A stretch of DNA of 64,000 bases. Source: Octopus vulgaris. Its lineage: Eukaryota. The notes under the pieces are model-generated. The model did not search any database, was not told the origin of the DNA, and saw only the letters and a list, made by a program, of their open reading frames with translations. Both the position numbers and the translations under genes were made by a program. Where the stretch lies: assembly GCA_951406725.2 (NCBI GenBank), contig OX597827.1:2046001-2110000 (forward strand), in the 5' to 3' direction. Shown here one piece after another: positions 1 to 15,004 of this stretch; the first letter of the stretch is position 1; each line of letters begins with the position of its first letter.

Positions 1-120
1 TTGAAGCAAATATGCTTAGTCGACTTAATGTATGGGGTACTTTTCCAATCATACGAACACTCAAACTTATATAGATATATATATATATGTGCACGAACGC
101 ATACACACATGCATATATAT

Positions 121-179
<59 letters not shown>

Positions 180-542
180 TACACACATATGATGTTCTTT
201 TGTGTGTGGTTGGCTTTGTAAAATAAATGACAGTGAAGAACTGGTGTCGGAAATGTACTTTTGATGGTTACAAGATATTGGTAGAGAGAAACATTCTATA
301 ATGCCTTCTCTTGGCTTTGCTTTTACTAATATAACACACTTAATGAACTCATTGCTAGCTTCGTCTTGTATGTATGTATAAATGTATGTATGTGCCTGTG
401 TTTGCATGTATACATATATGTATGTATATATATATATATACTTAATATATATACTTATATATATTTGTGTGTTTGTATAAACACAAACACAAACACACAG
501 GCGCGCATATATATATACGTACATGTGTGTGTGTGTGTTTGT

Positions 543-836
543 GTGAAGGTGCCAGGCCTGGTGATCGGCTCACGATCCTGAGTTCGATTCTCAAGTGGTG
601 CGTTGTCACTGACCATGTCATTTTATTTCATGTTGCTCCGGTCCACTGAGCTAACCATTTTGAAAGGCCAGCTTTGTCACATTCTGTGTGTAGCGCTGAG
701 TCTCCCCGAGAACTACGTTGAGTATACGCGTGTCTGTGGAGTGCTCAGCCACTTGCACGTTAATTTCACGAGCAAGCTCTTCCACTGATCGGATCAGAGA
801 GTAACCTCGATGTCGTAATCGATGGAGTACCAGTTA
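543..836 (+). mobile_element. tRNA-derived SINE (third family)
   Basis: gagttcgattc B box, ttatttcatgttgctccggtccact body, 3' end gtcgtaatcgatggagtaccagtt; related copies at 34636-34941 and 25320-25458. Confidence 0.75.
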
Positions 837-2079
837 AATATATATGTACACACGCACGCACACATACACACACACACACACATATATCATAGTCTACCAC
901 ACTGCATTTTGAGGAAAACTTAAAACGTAAGATACATCATGTACTATGGATGTGTTTACACCAAATGTCTTATAGGCAGAAAATATGGCATCGAACGGGT
1001 TAGATTTTAGTTAATCTAAAGCATCAACGTAGAAAGATTATCCATTTTCTGACCACGAACAAATTGTTGGTTATATTTTTTTGTTTTGACAAACAAATGA
1101 CTCATCTAAGCCGGATTTCCTAATTTGCATAACTGTGCTGTATAGAATTATTACCTCCTTCCACAAGAGACGAGCGTTCTTTTTCTTTTTTTTTCATGAC
1201 TATGTTCTACGCAGAGTTGAAACTGATCAAATCTGATAAAACACTTAATTCTCGTTGCATCAGTTAGAACGGAAAATGTTCTTCAATCAACCACTTTTTC
1301 AGAGCACCATATGAATGGAATCAATGGAAAACGGCATATCTGGATTTTTTTTTCACGAATTCTTAGACTCAGTCCCTTTAAAGATGAAGATTTGTTTTGC
1401 TTGCTAATGACTGGGGATGACCTCCAAGCCTGAGTCACGATGCATATTGCTTAAGGTGTATACAGTGGGTATTGAACTCCAAATCACGTGGCTTTGAAGC
1501 GAACGTCCTTATCACCCAGCCATGACAAGGAATGGTTGCGTGATTAATATAGCGATTAGTATACATATATTCAAACGCGCATACTCACGCTCACACACAT
1601 ACACTTACATATATATGTTTCATATGTATCCATATATATATAACATATACATACATACATACACATACACATTTACATATCATTTAATGAATTACCATAG
1701 AACAAGATCAAACAAAAAGACTTTCATTAGCTTACATCCGTTTCTGCAAAAGTAAGCGTGCACCTAGAGCTGAGTGCTCAAGCGACACCTTACAGCTTCC
1801 TTAGAGCCATTTGAAAGAGCTCATGTGTATGTGCTTGTGTAAATAACTGCCATGCTGTTATAGTACTTCTTTTATGGCATCATCGTAGCTACAGTTTTGT
1901 ACGGAATCAGATTCCAGTTACTAATCCAACGACCAACCGTAGCCATTAAATCTCATATCACAATTCTTGCCTGCAGCCTCACCAGACACTAAATTCCAGG
2001 TTGTAACTACTGGTTTATCTCAAAAAGAAAGAATTAAAAGATAATATATTTCTGTTAACTCCTTTCTTTATTTCTTCTT

Positions 2080-2466
2080 TTTACTTGTTTTAGTCATTTG
2101 ACTGCAGTCATGCTGGAGCACCGCCTTTATTCGAGCAAATCGACCCCAGAACCTATTCTTTGTAAGCCTGGTACTTATTCTATCGGTCTCTTTTACCGAA
2201 CCGCTAGGTTACGGGGTACGAAAATACACCAAACGTCGGTTGTCAAGCGATGTTGAGGAGACAAACAGACACACAAACATATGCACACATATACATTCAT
2301 ACATATACGACGGGCTTCTTCCAGATTCCGTCTACCAAATCCACTCACAAGGTTTTGGTCGGCCCGAAGCTATAGTAGAAGACACTTGCCCAAGATGCCA
2401 CGCAGTGGGACTGATCCCGGAACCATGTGGTTGGTAAGCAAGCTACTTACCACACAGCCACTCCTC
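2080..2466 (-). mobile_element. CORE-like tRNA SINE (octopus OR-type)
   Basis: Reverse strand: TGGCTGTGTGG A box, B-box-like GATCAGTCC, cttgggcaagtgtct core, internal microsatellite; many copies in the window. Confidence 0.9.
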
Positions 2467-3461
2467 CTCTTCCTCTTTTCGACAAAAATTCTTTAAGAAC
2501 TCACTTCATTAACAAGCCTTCTAGGAATCCTAAACTTGTTCTCTAAAATTTGCTTTAAGACGACCAGAAACTTGTGATCTTTCTTTTCACTCAATGTCAC
2601 ATTTGTAACTGCTAAAAATTAGTGTTCAGGTCCGTTAGAAAGGAACATATGCTTACCATTATGAAGAAATTAACCGATAAACGGTGTTGTATTTGTATTC
2701 TTACTTTGACCTCTCTTTCTAGCAAAGATTGAATCTTCCTTCAGCTGCGAAAAGGAGGACATTTTCACGAACATGTCAGTTAAAAAGAGCCATTAAAAAG
2801 AGCCACGCCATCAACCAAGGCAGCCCATAATGCATCTTGGCTGGATGTAGCAAATCGTGACCTTCACCAGCACATTAAAACATTTGATATTTCCGTTGCG
2901 TAGTCTGGGTTCTTGTTGAATGACAAGGAATTCCAGTGGGGAACTGTGATTTACTCTCCTATAATAGGATCGATTTTCGAATGTCCCTATTCACATAACT
3001 GCTGATCCTAACCTCACTGCCTACCACTGAGGCAACCATCGCTGAAACGTCCATCAAAGTACCCAGAGCTTTCTTAAAAGGCAGCGAAATGGCAGTGTTG
3101 CTAGGGCTTTGGATAGAATGCCGTGCACAGTTTGTCCCGAGTATTTGCTTCGTGAGCTCTGAATTAAAATCCTATCGAGTTCAATTCCACCTGTTATTAT
3201 TATTTCAAGATCTTTCAAAAATCTGCGGACTTTGTGGAATTATTAGTGGATCAGTTGAAATACCTATCTTTCCAAATCTTTGCTTTCTGAATGAATTTCT
3301 GCGTTGGTAACGAGAAGTGGAGGGCAACACTGAATTACCCAGGTCTTCAATTTCATGTACAGATGCACGATCGGTTTCAAACAACGGCTGTCCTATCATC
3401 ACTATTTATAACATTGGTAAAACAAAGTGATTAAAGCAATGCCGTAGCATTCTTACTGGGA

Positions 3462-3648
3462 AACGAAATCGGCGAACTGGTAGAATCTTTAGCGCGTCGA
3501 ACAAAATGATTAGTAGCTTTCCTTTCCGACACTTTACGTTTCGAGTTCAAATCTGGGGTCAATAAAATAAATACCAGTTGAGCACCGAGATCGATGAAAT
3601 CAACTAACCCCCTCGCACGATTGCTGATTTTATGCCAAAATTTGAAGC
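3462..3648 (+). mobile_element. Meta-like SINE with target-site duplication
   Basis: CATTCTTACTGG repeated at ~3448 and ~3649. Confidence 0.75.
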
Positions 3649-3820
3649 CATTCTTACTGGAAATTAGTAGAGCCTATAGAGGAAACTCTATGGGGAACAA
3701 TAACACTTTTCGTTGAAGAAAGCTGTCAGAATAATGATGGAGTGGAATTTTAGGGGAATCGTTCCATGCGATAAGTTCCCTCCTTTGCACTACTGCGGAA
3801 CAGACATTTTATGAAAGACC

Positions 3821-3877
3821 TTAGCATTCAGTTTCACTCAATAATAAAACGATCTTTAACTGGATAGCTCTCTCAAC
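3821..3877 (-). CDS. Candidate last coding exon (VERAIQLKIVLLLSETEC*)
   Basis: Strong acceptor ttttttcAG after a 153-nt intron; phase 0. Confidence 0.25.
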   Translation of the reverse strand, partial: VERAIQLKIVLLLSETEC

Positions 3878-4030
3878 CTGAAAAAATTATACTATGACAG
3901 TTTGTACTAAACCAAAAGTACAGGTGAAAGGACGGCTACATTGACACTAATCAACGCTATTAGTGACTTTGCTCGTATCAAACGCTGGGATGATCGAAAT
4001 GTCTCAGTGTCATCTAAAAATCGTCATTAC

Positions 4031-4206
4031 CTGGAAGATCCGCTCTGCAGAGATTCGATCTAATTCTTTCTCTGATAAACAGTAGCGTAGCTGGAAGGAT
4101 GGGGTGGTCCGCACCAAGTGACGATTTTGTGGGGATACATAGCTTTGGGGTCCCGTGAGGCCGTGAGTGGGAGAAAACTGAAGAGCAGTTTCAGATGGCG
4201 CGCTAC
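4031..4206 (-). CDS. Candidate internal exon of the same unknown gene
   Basis: GC-rich island, ttAG acceptor, phase 1 in, 58 open codons (SAPSETALQ...ELDRISAERIFQ), strong donor CAG|GTAATG. Confidence 0.35.
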
Positions 4207-4290
4207 CTAACCAACAGCGAATAAAGCGGTTTCTGTTGATGATTGCGGTGAAGTTGAATAGTTGAAGGGTTCCTTTAAGACACTCGCCCA

Positions 4291-4616
4291 AAGGACTTAT
4301 TCTTAGTAAGCCTAGTGCTTATTCTATCGGTCTCTTTTACCGAGCCACTAAGTTACGGAGTACGTAAATACACCAAACGTCGGTTGTCAAGCGATGTTGG
4401 GGGAACAAACAGACACACAAACATATACACACATATACATATATACATATACGACGGGCTTCTTCCAGTTTCCGTCTACCAAATCCACTCACAAGGCTTT
4501 GGTCGGCCCGAGGCTATAGTAGAAGACACTTGCCCAAGATGCCACGCAGTGGGACTGAACCCGGAACCATGTGGTTGGTAAGCAAGCTACTTAGCACACA
4601 GCCACTCCTGCGCCTA
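4291..4616 (-). mobile_element. CORE-like tRNA SINE, 3' truncated
   Basis: Near-identical to 2150-2466. Confidence 0.9.
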
Positions 4617-4724
4617 TATAAAAATATAAATATAAAAATATAAATATAAAATATAAAAAAATAACAACCCCAACCCCCAAATAATAATGATAATTAGCTA
4701 GTAAGTTAATTAGTTTATTAGTTT

Positions 4725-5100
4725 GATAGTCAGTTCGATCTTTCTCCGGCATGAGTCACATAAGTCTGCAATACGACCTCTCCCGCTAGTTTTGTTTTCT
4801 GTCACTGTTCTGGTCCCATTCTATGCTTCTCCGCCCTTCTCATTTCCTTCTCTTGCCAATAGTCCTTCACTACGTGGGGGTTTTAAGGCTCCTTGCTGTC
4901 GCTCTTTTCCTCTCAGGCTGTCACTTCGGTGCCACCATACAATCCCTTTCCCGATCTTGTCTGAGGATGTGCCCGATCTAGCCCCAGCCTCTTATTTCGT
5001 CACTAATTCTGTTGCTGTTCGTTCTCGTCTGAATTGTGTCATTTCGGAATCTTCGCAGCCACCTCAGATTTCGTTATCTAAGCCCCCTCAATCAACTCGT
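4725..5100 (-). mobile_element. RTE-clade LINE 3' fragment, decayed
   Basis: Minus frame LRWLRRFRNDTIQTRTNSNRISDEIRGWG*IGHILRQDRERDCMVAPK*QPERKR matches the RTE C-terminal W.GHILR...W.PEGKR pattern. Confidence 0.7.
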
Positions 5101-5614
5101 CTTCATTTCGGCGGAAAGAGACCTTGTGATGAGAATCCCTCGCTATAATTTCTCACATAGTGAGTGCGGGAGAGGACGGACGGGAGGAAGAGACAGAAAA
5201 ATGAGAGGGAGTAGGCGATTGTAGAGAGAGGGAGTGAGACAGAGAGAAAAAGGACAGACAGACAGACAACCGATCGACACATTAACTGATTAATAGACAA
5301 ACAGATGAGAAGACAATGAAGGATAGGAAAAACGGAGATTAATCGATATCAATATGTGACTGATACTTTACTTATCGATCCCAGAAGAATGAAAAGTAAA
5401 GATTGAATTTAAGTTCAATTTTCGCCTGGCATTTTCATTTACTCTTTTTATTTCTTATTTTTATTCTGCAATTTTTCTTTCCAATATTTTTCACCTTTTG
5501 CGTGAATCATTAAGAAACATTTTCTTGTCATTATATCTTATTTCGTTTGGTGTTTCAAGTAAAACTTATACATTTTTGTTCTTTTGACTTGTGCTTTTTG
5601 CTACAGTAGTAGTG

Positions 5615-5672
<58 letters not shown>

Positions 5673-5683
5673 ATGTGGTGCAT

Positions 5684-5731
<48 letters not shown>

Positions 5732-5912
5732 ATGTTATTTTTCTTGGTTCCTCTAAAAGTATAGAATAGATTTTTTTTTTATCTTCGAATTTCATTTTGC
5801 AGATTTTTGGTTATTTTTGTCATTTTTTTAAAATTTTGTTTTCTGATAACATCGAAAACTATAGATTATCAATGGATTTATTGGCAAGAGAGAGAGAGAG
5901 AGACAGAGAGAC

Positions 5913-5949
<37 letters not shown>

Positions 5950-6045
5950 TAGGCAGACAGACAGAGAGGAGGGACATAGAAATAGAAAGTAAGACAGATA
6001 TATGTGTGAGCTATATGAGTGTATGTGTGTGTGTGTGTGTGTATA

Positions 6046-6084
<39 letters not shown>

Positions 6085-6722
6085 AGAGAGAGAGAAAGAG
6101 AGACAGACAGAAAGATGCATGTAAATGTATACGTATATATATATGTTTATATATATACGCACATATATATATATATACACATACATACATACACACTATA
6201 CATACATACATATATATTGAGATAGATAGAGATAGATAGATCTGCATGTAATTCTATATACATACACACACACATGCACGCGCACCCATAAGCAAAGTGC
6301 GAGGGAAAGAGAGGGAGAGAATGTTGGGAGAGAAAGAGAGAGAGAGAGAGAATGAGAAAGTTGAGAGAGAGAGAGAGAACCGCAATGGTTAAAAAGAGAA
6401 GCGTTTAGATTAGAAAGCTAACGTGGAGTGTGCGCTCGTGGATGTGTGTGTGTGTGTATGACGATCGGACCTCAAACGCATGGAAGGCAGGGGGGGGGAT
6501 GAAAGGGGGTTGCCGTGGTGAGGTGGGAGGTATTTTACACTACATTGATTATAGTCACACCCCTCACTTCATCTCCCACTCCCACCACACTCCTTTTCCT
6601 CTCCCCCTTTCTTTCCATTTCACCTCACACTACACCACTCTATCTCCCATGTTTCACCAACACACAGCAACTAGTCTCTATTCGCCTTTTCGATTTTTCA
6701 CGTAAGCCAAAGTTTGTATCAA

Positions 6723-6885
<163 letters not shown>

Positions 6886-7184
6886 TATGTATGTATGTAT
6901 ACGTGCAATGCTGCTGCAAATTCTATTGGACGCATTCTGTTCCCGGTTCATGCTACTTCCATATTGTCTCTGCGCACACGCCAGCTGGTACATGTCTACA
7001 CATGCACAGAGACACTTAGTCGTATGCATACGTAAGCGTGTATGTGTGTATGTGTATGTGTCAAAGAACGTGCATGTGTACGCATGAATTTGCTTGTGTG
7101 CGTTGTGTGTGTGCGCGTGCGCATGAGTGTACCTGTGCACGGGTATGTGTGTAGTTAAACATCATAAAACTTCTTTGTCGGTTA

Positions 7185-8492
<1,308 letters not shown>

Positions 8493-8494
<2 letters not shown>

Positions 8495-8598
8495 TGTGCC
8501 TGGTGTACCTTTATCAGACGGGTAGTCATGATGGGTATATTGGGCTTCGTATATTTTACCCCAGTGTCACTTTGATGGCATGCACTGCTCTCTCACTC

Positions 8599-8600
<2 letters not shown>
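8493..8600 (+). repeat. Short complex insert in the (AAT)n array, probably the 3' end of a TAA-tailed retroposon
   Basis: ~105 bp of complex sequence bounded on both sides by pure (AAT)n. Confidence 0.5.
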
Positions 8601-8655
<55 letters not shown>

Positions 8656-9125
8656 CGACCAGACAGTCATTAAAGACAGGGAAGAAAATACTTGTAGGCT
8701 AATAGATGTAAGTGTTCCCACTGATAAAAATATATCTGTAAAGGAATTTGACAAATTAATTAAATATAAGGACCTGAAAATTGAAATACAAAAGATGTGG
8801 CATCCTAAAGCAAGAGCTGTTCCTGTTATTGTGGGTGCCCTAGGTATGATAAGAAAGGGATGTCAGAAGCATCTAGATAATATCCCAGGAGAACCATGTC
8901 TCACAAAAACCCAAAAGATTGTGCTAGCAAGTACTGCCCACATCCTTAGAAAAAAGCCTTTCAATTTAAATGTCTGTGTTGTATTACATGAAGATTTTTC
9001 GCTACTGCCTCAGCTATTTCCCCTTCCCAAGCTTTCAGTCTTATTGTAAGAGCCTTCACTCGCCCTTGGATATTGGGTGTGTCTCGGCAAGTGATTATAA
9101 CAAACATGCAGATTAAATAATACTA
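8656..9125 (+). mobile_element. R4/Dong-clade 3' fragment (RLE domain + 3' UTR)
   Basis: RPD...LIDVSVPTDKNISVKEFDKLIKYKDLKIEIQKMW...VPVIVGALG...TAHILRK, starting directly after (AAT)n. Confidence 0.88.
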
Positions 9126-9137
9126 ATATTAAATAAT

Positions 9138-9139
9138 GA

Positions 9140-9214
<75 letters not shown>

Positions 9215-9320
9215 AAGAAGAAGAAGAAGAAGAAGAAGAAGAAGAAGAAGAAGAAGAACAAGAACAAGAAGAAGAAGAACAAGAAGAAGAAGAACAACAA
9301 CAACAACAACAACAACAAGA
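9138..9320. repeat. Compound trinucleotide repeat (AGT)n-(AGA)n-(ACA)n
   Basis: Direct reading. Confidence 0.95.
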
Positions 9321-9528
9321 ATCTATGGGCATGTGTTTCCTACTGTAACCACTGGCTGGCCAATACCTTGTAAATGAATTTGATTGACGGTTCCTGTTTG
9401 GAATCCTACTGTATTGCGTACACATACCCATCTCCCTAAAACACACAGATATACACGCACATGGAGAGGCATATGTGTGTGTGTGTGTGTATATATGTAA
9501 TTATATATATGTGTGTGTGTATGTATAC

Positions 9529-9572
<44 letters not shown>

Positions 9573-10114
9573 ATGTACGTAAATATCGAACAATGAGAAT
9601 TAATGTTGTGGAGAAGAGATGGCTAGGCTTTGAAGTGAGTGAACTGTTGGTTTCAAATGTGGAGGGATTCTGTTCTGGGGTCTAAGGCCTAAGTTTCCAT
9701 CCTGTTCTTGTTAATTATGGTCTACTTGTGTGAAAGTATATATGCTTGTATGGTTTATTTCTATGATTGTGTATATATGTATAATCATTTTGGGATAAAC
9801 GTCTATATAAACTCATGCGGAATACACATGCTTATCTTGGATAGTGTTTATAAACCGCTGTGGTTGCTCTATATAGGTGATTACTATTGTATTCTGCAAA
9901 CAATTCATAAAAATCTGTATGCAAGGGGTTAGCAGATCTTATGTAAGCATTTTGTTTTTGCTTCTCTACGTTCATGACTGTTCTACTAACTTTTTATCCC
10001 CATACTTACTCCTTTCCTTTCAGATCATATCTCCGTCTGTTACTTCTCTTTTGTTAAATCTGTGGAAGTTTCACCAATCCCAGTTAATGGGCACACATCA
10101 GCGCAAGTTGGAAG

Positions 10115-11861
10115 TCTTGCTATTTTGGATATTTTAACGTAAAAACTGGTGACCAAGAGAAGTCTTGAATCCCCCACAAAGGTTGCAAGCAGTGTGTCGA
10201 GAGCTTATCTCGATGTGGACCCACGTGATAAGTTGTCCTTTGATACACTTATGAATTGGCAAGAGCCAAATGATCATGGTAAAAACTTAAACGTTGCCCT
10301 TTTCAAGCCTAGCCAGGTTCATGGGCCCGGTTTCCCGGTTTCTGTGGCGTATGTGTTCCCCTCAGCTGGACGGGACGCCAGTCCATCGCAGCGTTACTCA
10401 AGAAACAGGAAGAGAGAGTGAGAGAAAGTTGTGACGAAAGAGTACAACAGGGGTCGCCACCACTCCTGCCAGAGCCTCGTGGAGCTTTTAGGTGTTTTCG
10501 CTCAATAAACACACACAACGCCCGGTCTGGGAATCGAAACCGCGTTCCTTCGACCGCAAGTCCACTGCCCTAACCACTGGGCCATTGCGCCTCCACAAAA
10601 CGATCATGGTACTGACTGTTATATTTGTTTAGTGAAAACCTCAGAATATAACAAGGAAAATAAATGTAAAATTGTATATCCTAATCTAGCATCAGCTTTT
10701 ACACGTTGTATTTCCTTCAGTTGAAATCCCAACACCTGCTTTCGTTCGACTTCTCTTTCTTGAAGATATAGATCAGGAAGAAAAACTGAGAGGCAGCAAT
10801 GATCCGGATTCTGAAATTGATAACGATTCACCTTGTAAGGCATTCGATCAGCACAAGTTGAATGATTTGGTAAGAGATTTGGGACGATCAAAAAAAAAGA
10901 AAAAGGCTTCAAAACCCCCAGCAACGAGACTGAATGAGAAAAACTTACTTGGAAAATGAACAAAGGGTATTCTACTTTCGAACCAGGGAAAGTGAATTTC
11001 TGCAGTGCATTCGAAGTTTGTGTATTGTCATAACCTGCAGGGTTTACTGGAGGAAATGAGAATCCCAGTTTACAATTCAGCTGAATGGCGGCTGTTCAAC
11101 GATTGCTCAAAACGGAGTTTAAAGTGTGTCCTTCTCCACACTGGCAATTTATTTGATGTAGTCCCAATTGAGCATTTAGTTCGTTCTCGTGAAGTATGTG
11201 GTGACATAAAGAGAGTCATTGAGTTGTCGCATAACCCCAAACAAAATTGGACCATCTGTGTACGCTTTCTTCTTGGTTAGCAATGCTGATGCACCGAGTA
11301 ACCCAGCTTTCTCTACATGTGGACAGCAAAGCTCGATAGAAGTGTTGGGTGGAGAGAAATTAGCCTACAACGTCTGTCGAGCTATTTGTTAACGTAAATA
11401 AAATGATATTCCTACCTCTGCACTTGAAGGTCGCGGGGGAACGGTAACAGGATACATGGGGTGTAAATATGATGGCTGACTTTTGTTGGAGCATAAAGTG
11501 AAATTGTCATCAGATTAAACACTCCAAGAAATGCTATAAGAATAAACTTCTACCTTTACTACTTGTACAAAATTTGATTTACAGTAACAAAATAAATTGT
11601 GAACAAAATAAATTTGTACAAACAATAGAGTCAAGCAATGTTTTATTATTTTATATTGTAAAATATTAGAATATTCTATGAAATAAGCACAAACTTATTA
11701 GGTGCGTTATTTTTATGGACTTTGAGACAAAGCAGGTGTATCCTGTAACTCAAAAACTTGACGTGATACGGAAAAATTGTGGTCTTTTTTGGATTTAGAG
11801 GTCAACAGTTAGTGAAAAACAAGTGTTAGGTCTGACTCAACGAAAATTGTGTTCCCCTGTG
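10115..11861 (+). mobile_element. Chapaev3-like (CMC superfamily) DNA transposon relic, interrupted by a SINE
   Basis: GDQEKS..PHKGCKQC, WQEPNDHG/TDCYIC, EWRLFNDCSKRSLKCVLLH.GN, FLPLHLK, WGVNMMADFCWSIK; 3' terminus ...gttcccCTGTG followed by TAA. Confidence 0.75.
10282..10596 (-). mobile_element. tRNA-derived SINE with V-domain-like body, full length
   Basis: A box TGGCCCAGTGG, B box GTTTCGATTCC, ctgcgatggactggcgtcccgtccag; target-site duplication GATCATGGTA at 10272-10281 and 10602-10611. Confidence 0.85.
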
Positions 11862-12011
11862 TAATAAGTGTTCAGGGTTCAGTCCCACGCTGTACTACCT
11901 TGAGCAACTATCTTCTACAATAGCACCAACCTGCCAAAGTCTTGTGAGTGGATTTGATTGACAGAAACTGAAAAAAGCCATCGCGTATGCATATATACAT
12001 ACATACATATA

Positions 12012-12248
12012 CAGGGGTGGGGCCCAAAAGTAGGTTTATAGTTATTCAACTCTTTCACTTTCACATTCATACAGTTTAGATCTTAATTATAAAAGAAAAA
12101 TATGAAACCATTATTCTTTGCTAATTTTGTTAGCTTTGTCGAGCTCTCTTTTCAGTTTGTAAGATAGAAATTTAAATGCAATGAAATGTTTTAAAAGTAA
12201 TTTGAAGTACCTACGTGGTAACTGTAAACCTAATTTGGGGCCACCCTG
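12012..12248. mobile_element. Tc1/mariner-type MITE
   Basis: Imperfect ~30-bp TIRs CAGGGGTGGGGCCCAAAAGTAGGTTTATAGTTA / TAACTGTAAACCTAATTTGGGGCCACCCTG with TA on both sides. Confidence 0.85.
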
Positions 12249-12255
12249 TATATAT

Positions 12256-12486
12256 ATTTCTTTACTACCCACAAGGGGCTAAATACAGAGGGGACAAACA
12301 AGGACAAACAAACGGATTAAGTAGATTACATCGACCCCAGTGCGTAACTGGTAATTAATTTATCGACCCCGAAAGGATGAAAGGCAAAGTCGACCTCGGC
12401 GGAATTTGAACTCAGAACGTAACGGCAGACGAAATACGGCGACGCATTTCGTCCGGCGCGCTAACGTTTCTGCCAGCTCGCCACCC
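12256..12486 (-). mobile_element. Meta/MESC-like tRNA SINE, young subfamily
   Basis: Reverse: ggcgagctggcagaaacgttagc...gagttcaaattccgccgaggtcgactttgcctttcatcctttcggggtcgataaa; same subfamily at 25104-25314(+), 26354-26586(-) and 37262-37452(-). Confidence 0.9.
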
Positions 12487-13257
12487 TGTATATGTGTGTG
12501 TGTGTGTGGGTGGGTGGGTGTATTGTGTCTATGTGTTTGTCTCCACCATCGAGAAAGAGACCGACAGAATAGGCATCGGGCTCTAAATAAGGAAATGATA
12601 AGTACTCGAATGGATTCGTTAGCAGAGCTCTGTGATACCCATATTCCAAAGACCGAAAGAAATAAATAAAATATAAATGGAAAAGAAACAACTAAGAGAG
12701 TAAATAAAGTAGTAAATAAATAAAGATTGTAGATAATAAGTGATAATCGCCACGTCATACTGAATGGATAGGAAACCCTGCTTATGGGGTCCCCTCATTG
12801 GCCCAAATTTAGGTTAATTACTCTAGCGTGTCGGCGAGAGAACGTTTTCGTTAATCAATCGGATGGCATAGTTGTTGTTGTTGGAAGCGGTCATGGTTGT
12901 CGTAGTGATGGTGGTGGTGGTGAAGGTGGTGGTGATGGTGTAGTGATGATAGTATGCCTATAATATATACTTATATATATTTATATATATGTATATATAA
13001 GTATGTATATATATATATATATATGATGTATATATGCATAGTGACTAAAGAGTCGAGTGTTTCGTACATTGGCACTTAAACTAATAAATACCAATGTACG
13101 AAACTGTACCCTCTGTTGGTTAGTCATAACGCGCGCGCACACACACACACGTACACATTCTGAAGTATAAAGTCGATCCGATATTAAGCCATGCTGAAGG
13201 TCGACCCAGTTTACTATAACATCTATTCCTTCCATGTATTCTGGCTTTGTGCCTTAC

Positions 13258-13438
13258 AAAACAATCGATTGTAATCGCTTCCTTCTGTCATTTCACCGTT
13301 CTGCTGCAACGGGGGAATTGTAAAGCCTTCCTCCCAGAGGACCGATTTTACAGCTCTTGGATCGGAGAATGAAAGGTTGGACTGTCTGTGGCATTGTGGA
13401 TATTCTGGTGTTGACACGATCTCTATGATGCATCCCAT
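13258..13438 (-). CDS. Candidate first coding exon of an unknown gene (MGCIIEIV...)
   Basis: gacATGG start context, 60 codons + 1 nt of non-repetitive balanced sequence, donor T|GTAAGG (phase 1). Confidence 0.3.
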
Positions 13439-13561
13439 GTCAAAATTAGTCTTGTTTCTAATTATCAGAATTCGAAATTAGATATATAAATATTAAGGGC
13501 GATAGACGCCATAATTCATGCAGTAAAAGGTTTGGATCCTTATAAGTTGCAGTGAACATTG

Positions 13562-13794
13562 GATTTAAATTTTGGTGCAAAGCCAGCAAGTTCGGAGGAG
13601 AGATTAAACCGATTAGATCCATCGCAGTGCTCAAATGGTATTTATTTTATCCATCTCAAAAGGATGAAAGGCAAAGTCGACCTCAGCGCGATTTGAACTC
13701 AGAGCGTAAAGATGGACGAAATACCGCTAAGCATTTCGCCCGGTGTGCTAACGTTTCTGCCAGCACAAAATTAAAAATATAAAATGGTGACATC

Positions 13795-13838
<44 letters not shown>

Positions 13839-13871
13839 TCATATATACATATATATATATACATATATATG

Positions 13872-13950
<79 letters not shown>

Positions 13951-14975
13951 GACACTAAATGGCAAAATCAGTAGAATATTGGACAAATAATACTGCGGTA
14001 TGTGTTCCAACACTTTAATTTCTGATTTCAAATTCACCCACATCAACTTTGCCTTTCATCTTTCTGAGACTGATAAAATAAAGTACAAACAAAATTCAAG
14101 AGACCGTGTAATCGACAAGCTGTTGTACAATAAAATATGTCCCAGTAACTTAGCTAGAGGGAAGGGATAATCAGTCCATCCCGGTCGACTCTTTATCAGT
14201 GCAATATGTTGCGTTTTGTGTTCAAATTCCGCCGAAATCGACTTTATCTTTCATCCACTAGGAGGTCGATAAAGTAAGTACTAGTTGAGTACTGTGGTCG
14301 ATATAATCGACTTAATCTCCCCCTTCACCGAAATAGCTGGTCTTATGTCAAAAGTTTAGAACCAATGTTGTATTTTTATGGAAGTACAGGGAGGGAGCGG
14401 CGAACAAATGGTAAACTGAAGTACAACCACAGGCGGCACACACTATATGTGCCACTAATATAGCCTTGTGAACAATATTACTTCAACGGTGTGAGTTCAA
14501 ATTCCACCAAGGTCGACTTCGTCTTCCATCCTTTCGGGGTCGATAAAAATAACTACCAGTTTAGCACTGGGGTCGAATTAATCTTCCCCTTACCCTCAAG
14601 ATTGCTGGCCTTGTACAAAAATTAGGAAAATTATTACAAGAACTGTGATTTGGCTGAGTTGTGTCTGCAGAAATGAAGTATTTAACCAGCTCTTTAGATT
14701 CTGAGTTCAAATCAATTTTAACTTTGCCTTATATTCCTCTGGAGTCTATAAAATAAAGTACATCCAGTACTCGAGTACTCGAGTACCTGAAAATTGCTGG
14801 CGTTTGCCAAAATTAGAAGCAGCAATTGTTGTTGTTTGCATTTCGGCGGTTTGTTGGCAGAACCGTTAGAGAGTCAGACAAAATGTCTTATACAGTATTT
14901 GTCCTGGTACTTTACATTTTGAGTTCAAATCCCAATCGATGTCTACTTTGCTTTAAACCTTCTGGCGTCGATTTA
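13562..14975. mobile_element. Cluster of about six Meta-like SINE copies
   Basis: One minus copy at 13562-13765, then five plus copies sharing ttcaaat...gactttgcctttcatc...gataaaataagtac. Confidence 0.8.
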
Positions 14976-15004
14976 AATGAATATGGTATTACCATTGCTA
15001 GAGA

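Larger units (their letters stand above)
11870..12670 (+). mobile_element. CORE-like SINE interrupted by a MITE and a Meta-type SINE
   Basis: 5' half 11870-12000 and 3' half 12490-12670 flank the two insertions. Confidence 0.7.

Noticed and set aside
3821-3877. Resemblance of MGC start plus KIVLLL.E.EC to a G-protein alpha N-terminus
   Set aside because: No GxGESGKS P-loop, and a stop follows immediately.
4723-5148. 141-aa plus-strand ORF
   Set aside because: Antisense shadow of a decayed RTE LINE 3' end.
10520-10596. tRNA gene
   Set aside because: A/B boxes are present but continue into a SINE body with a TSD; a tRNA-derived head, not a full cloverleaf.
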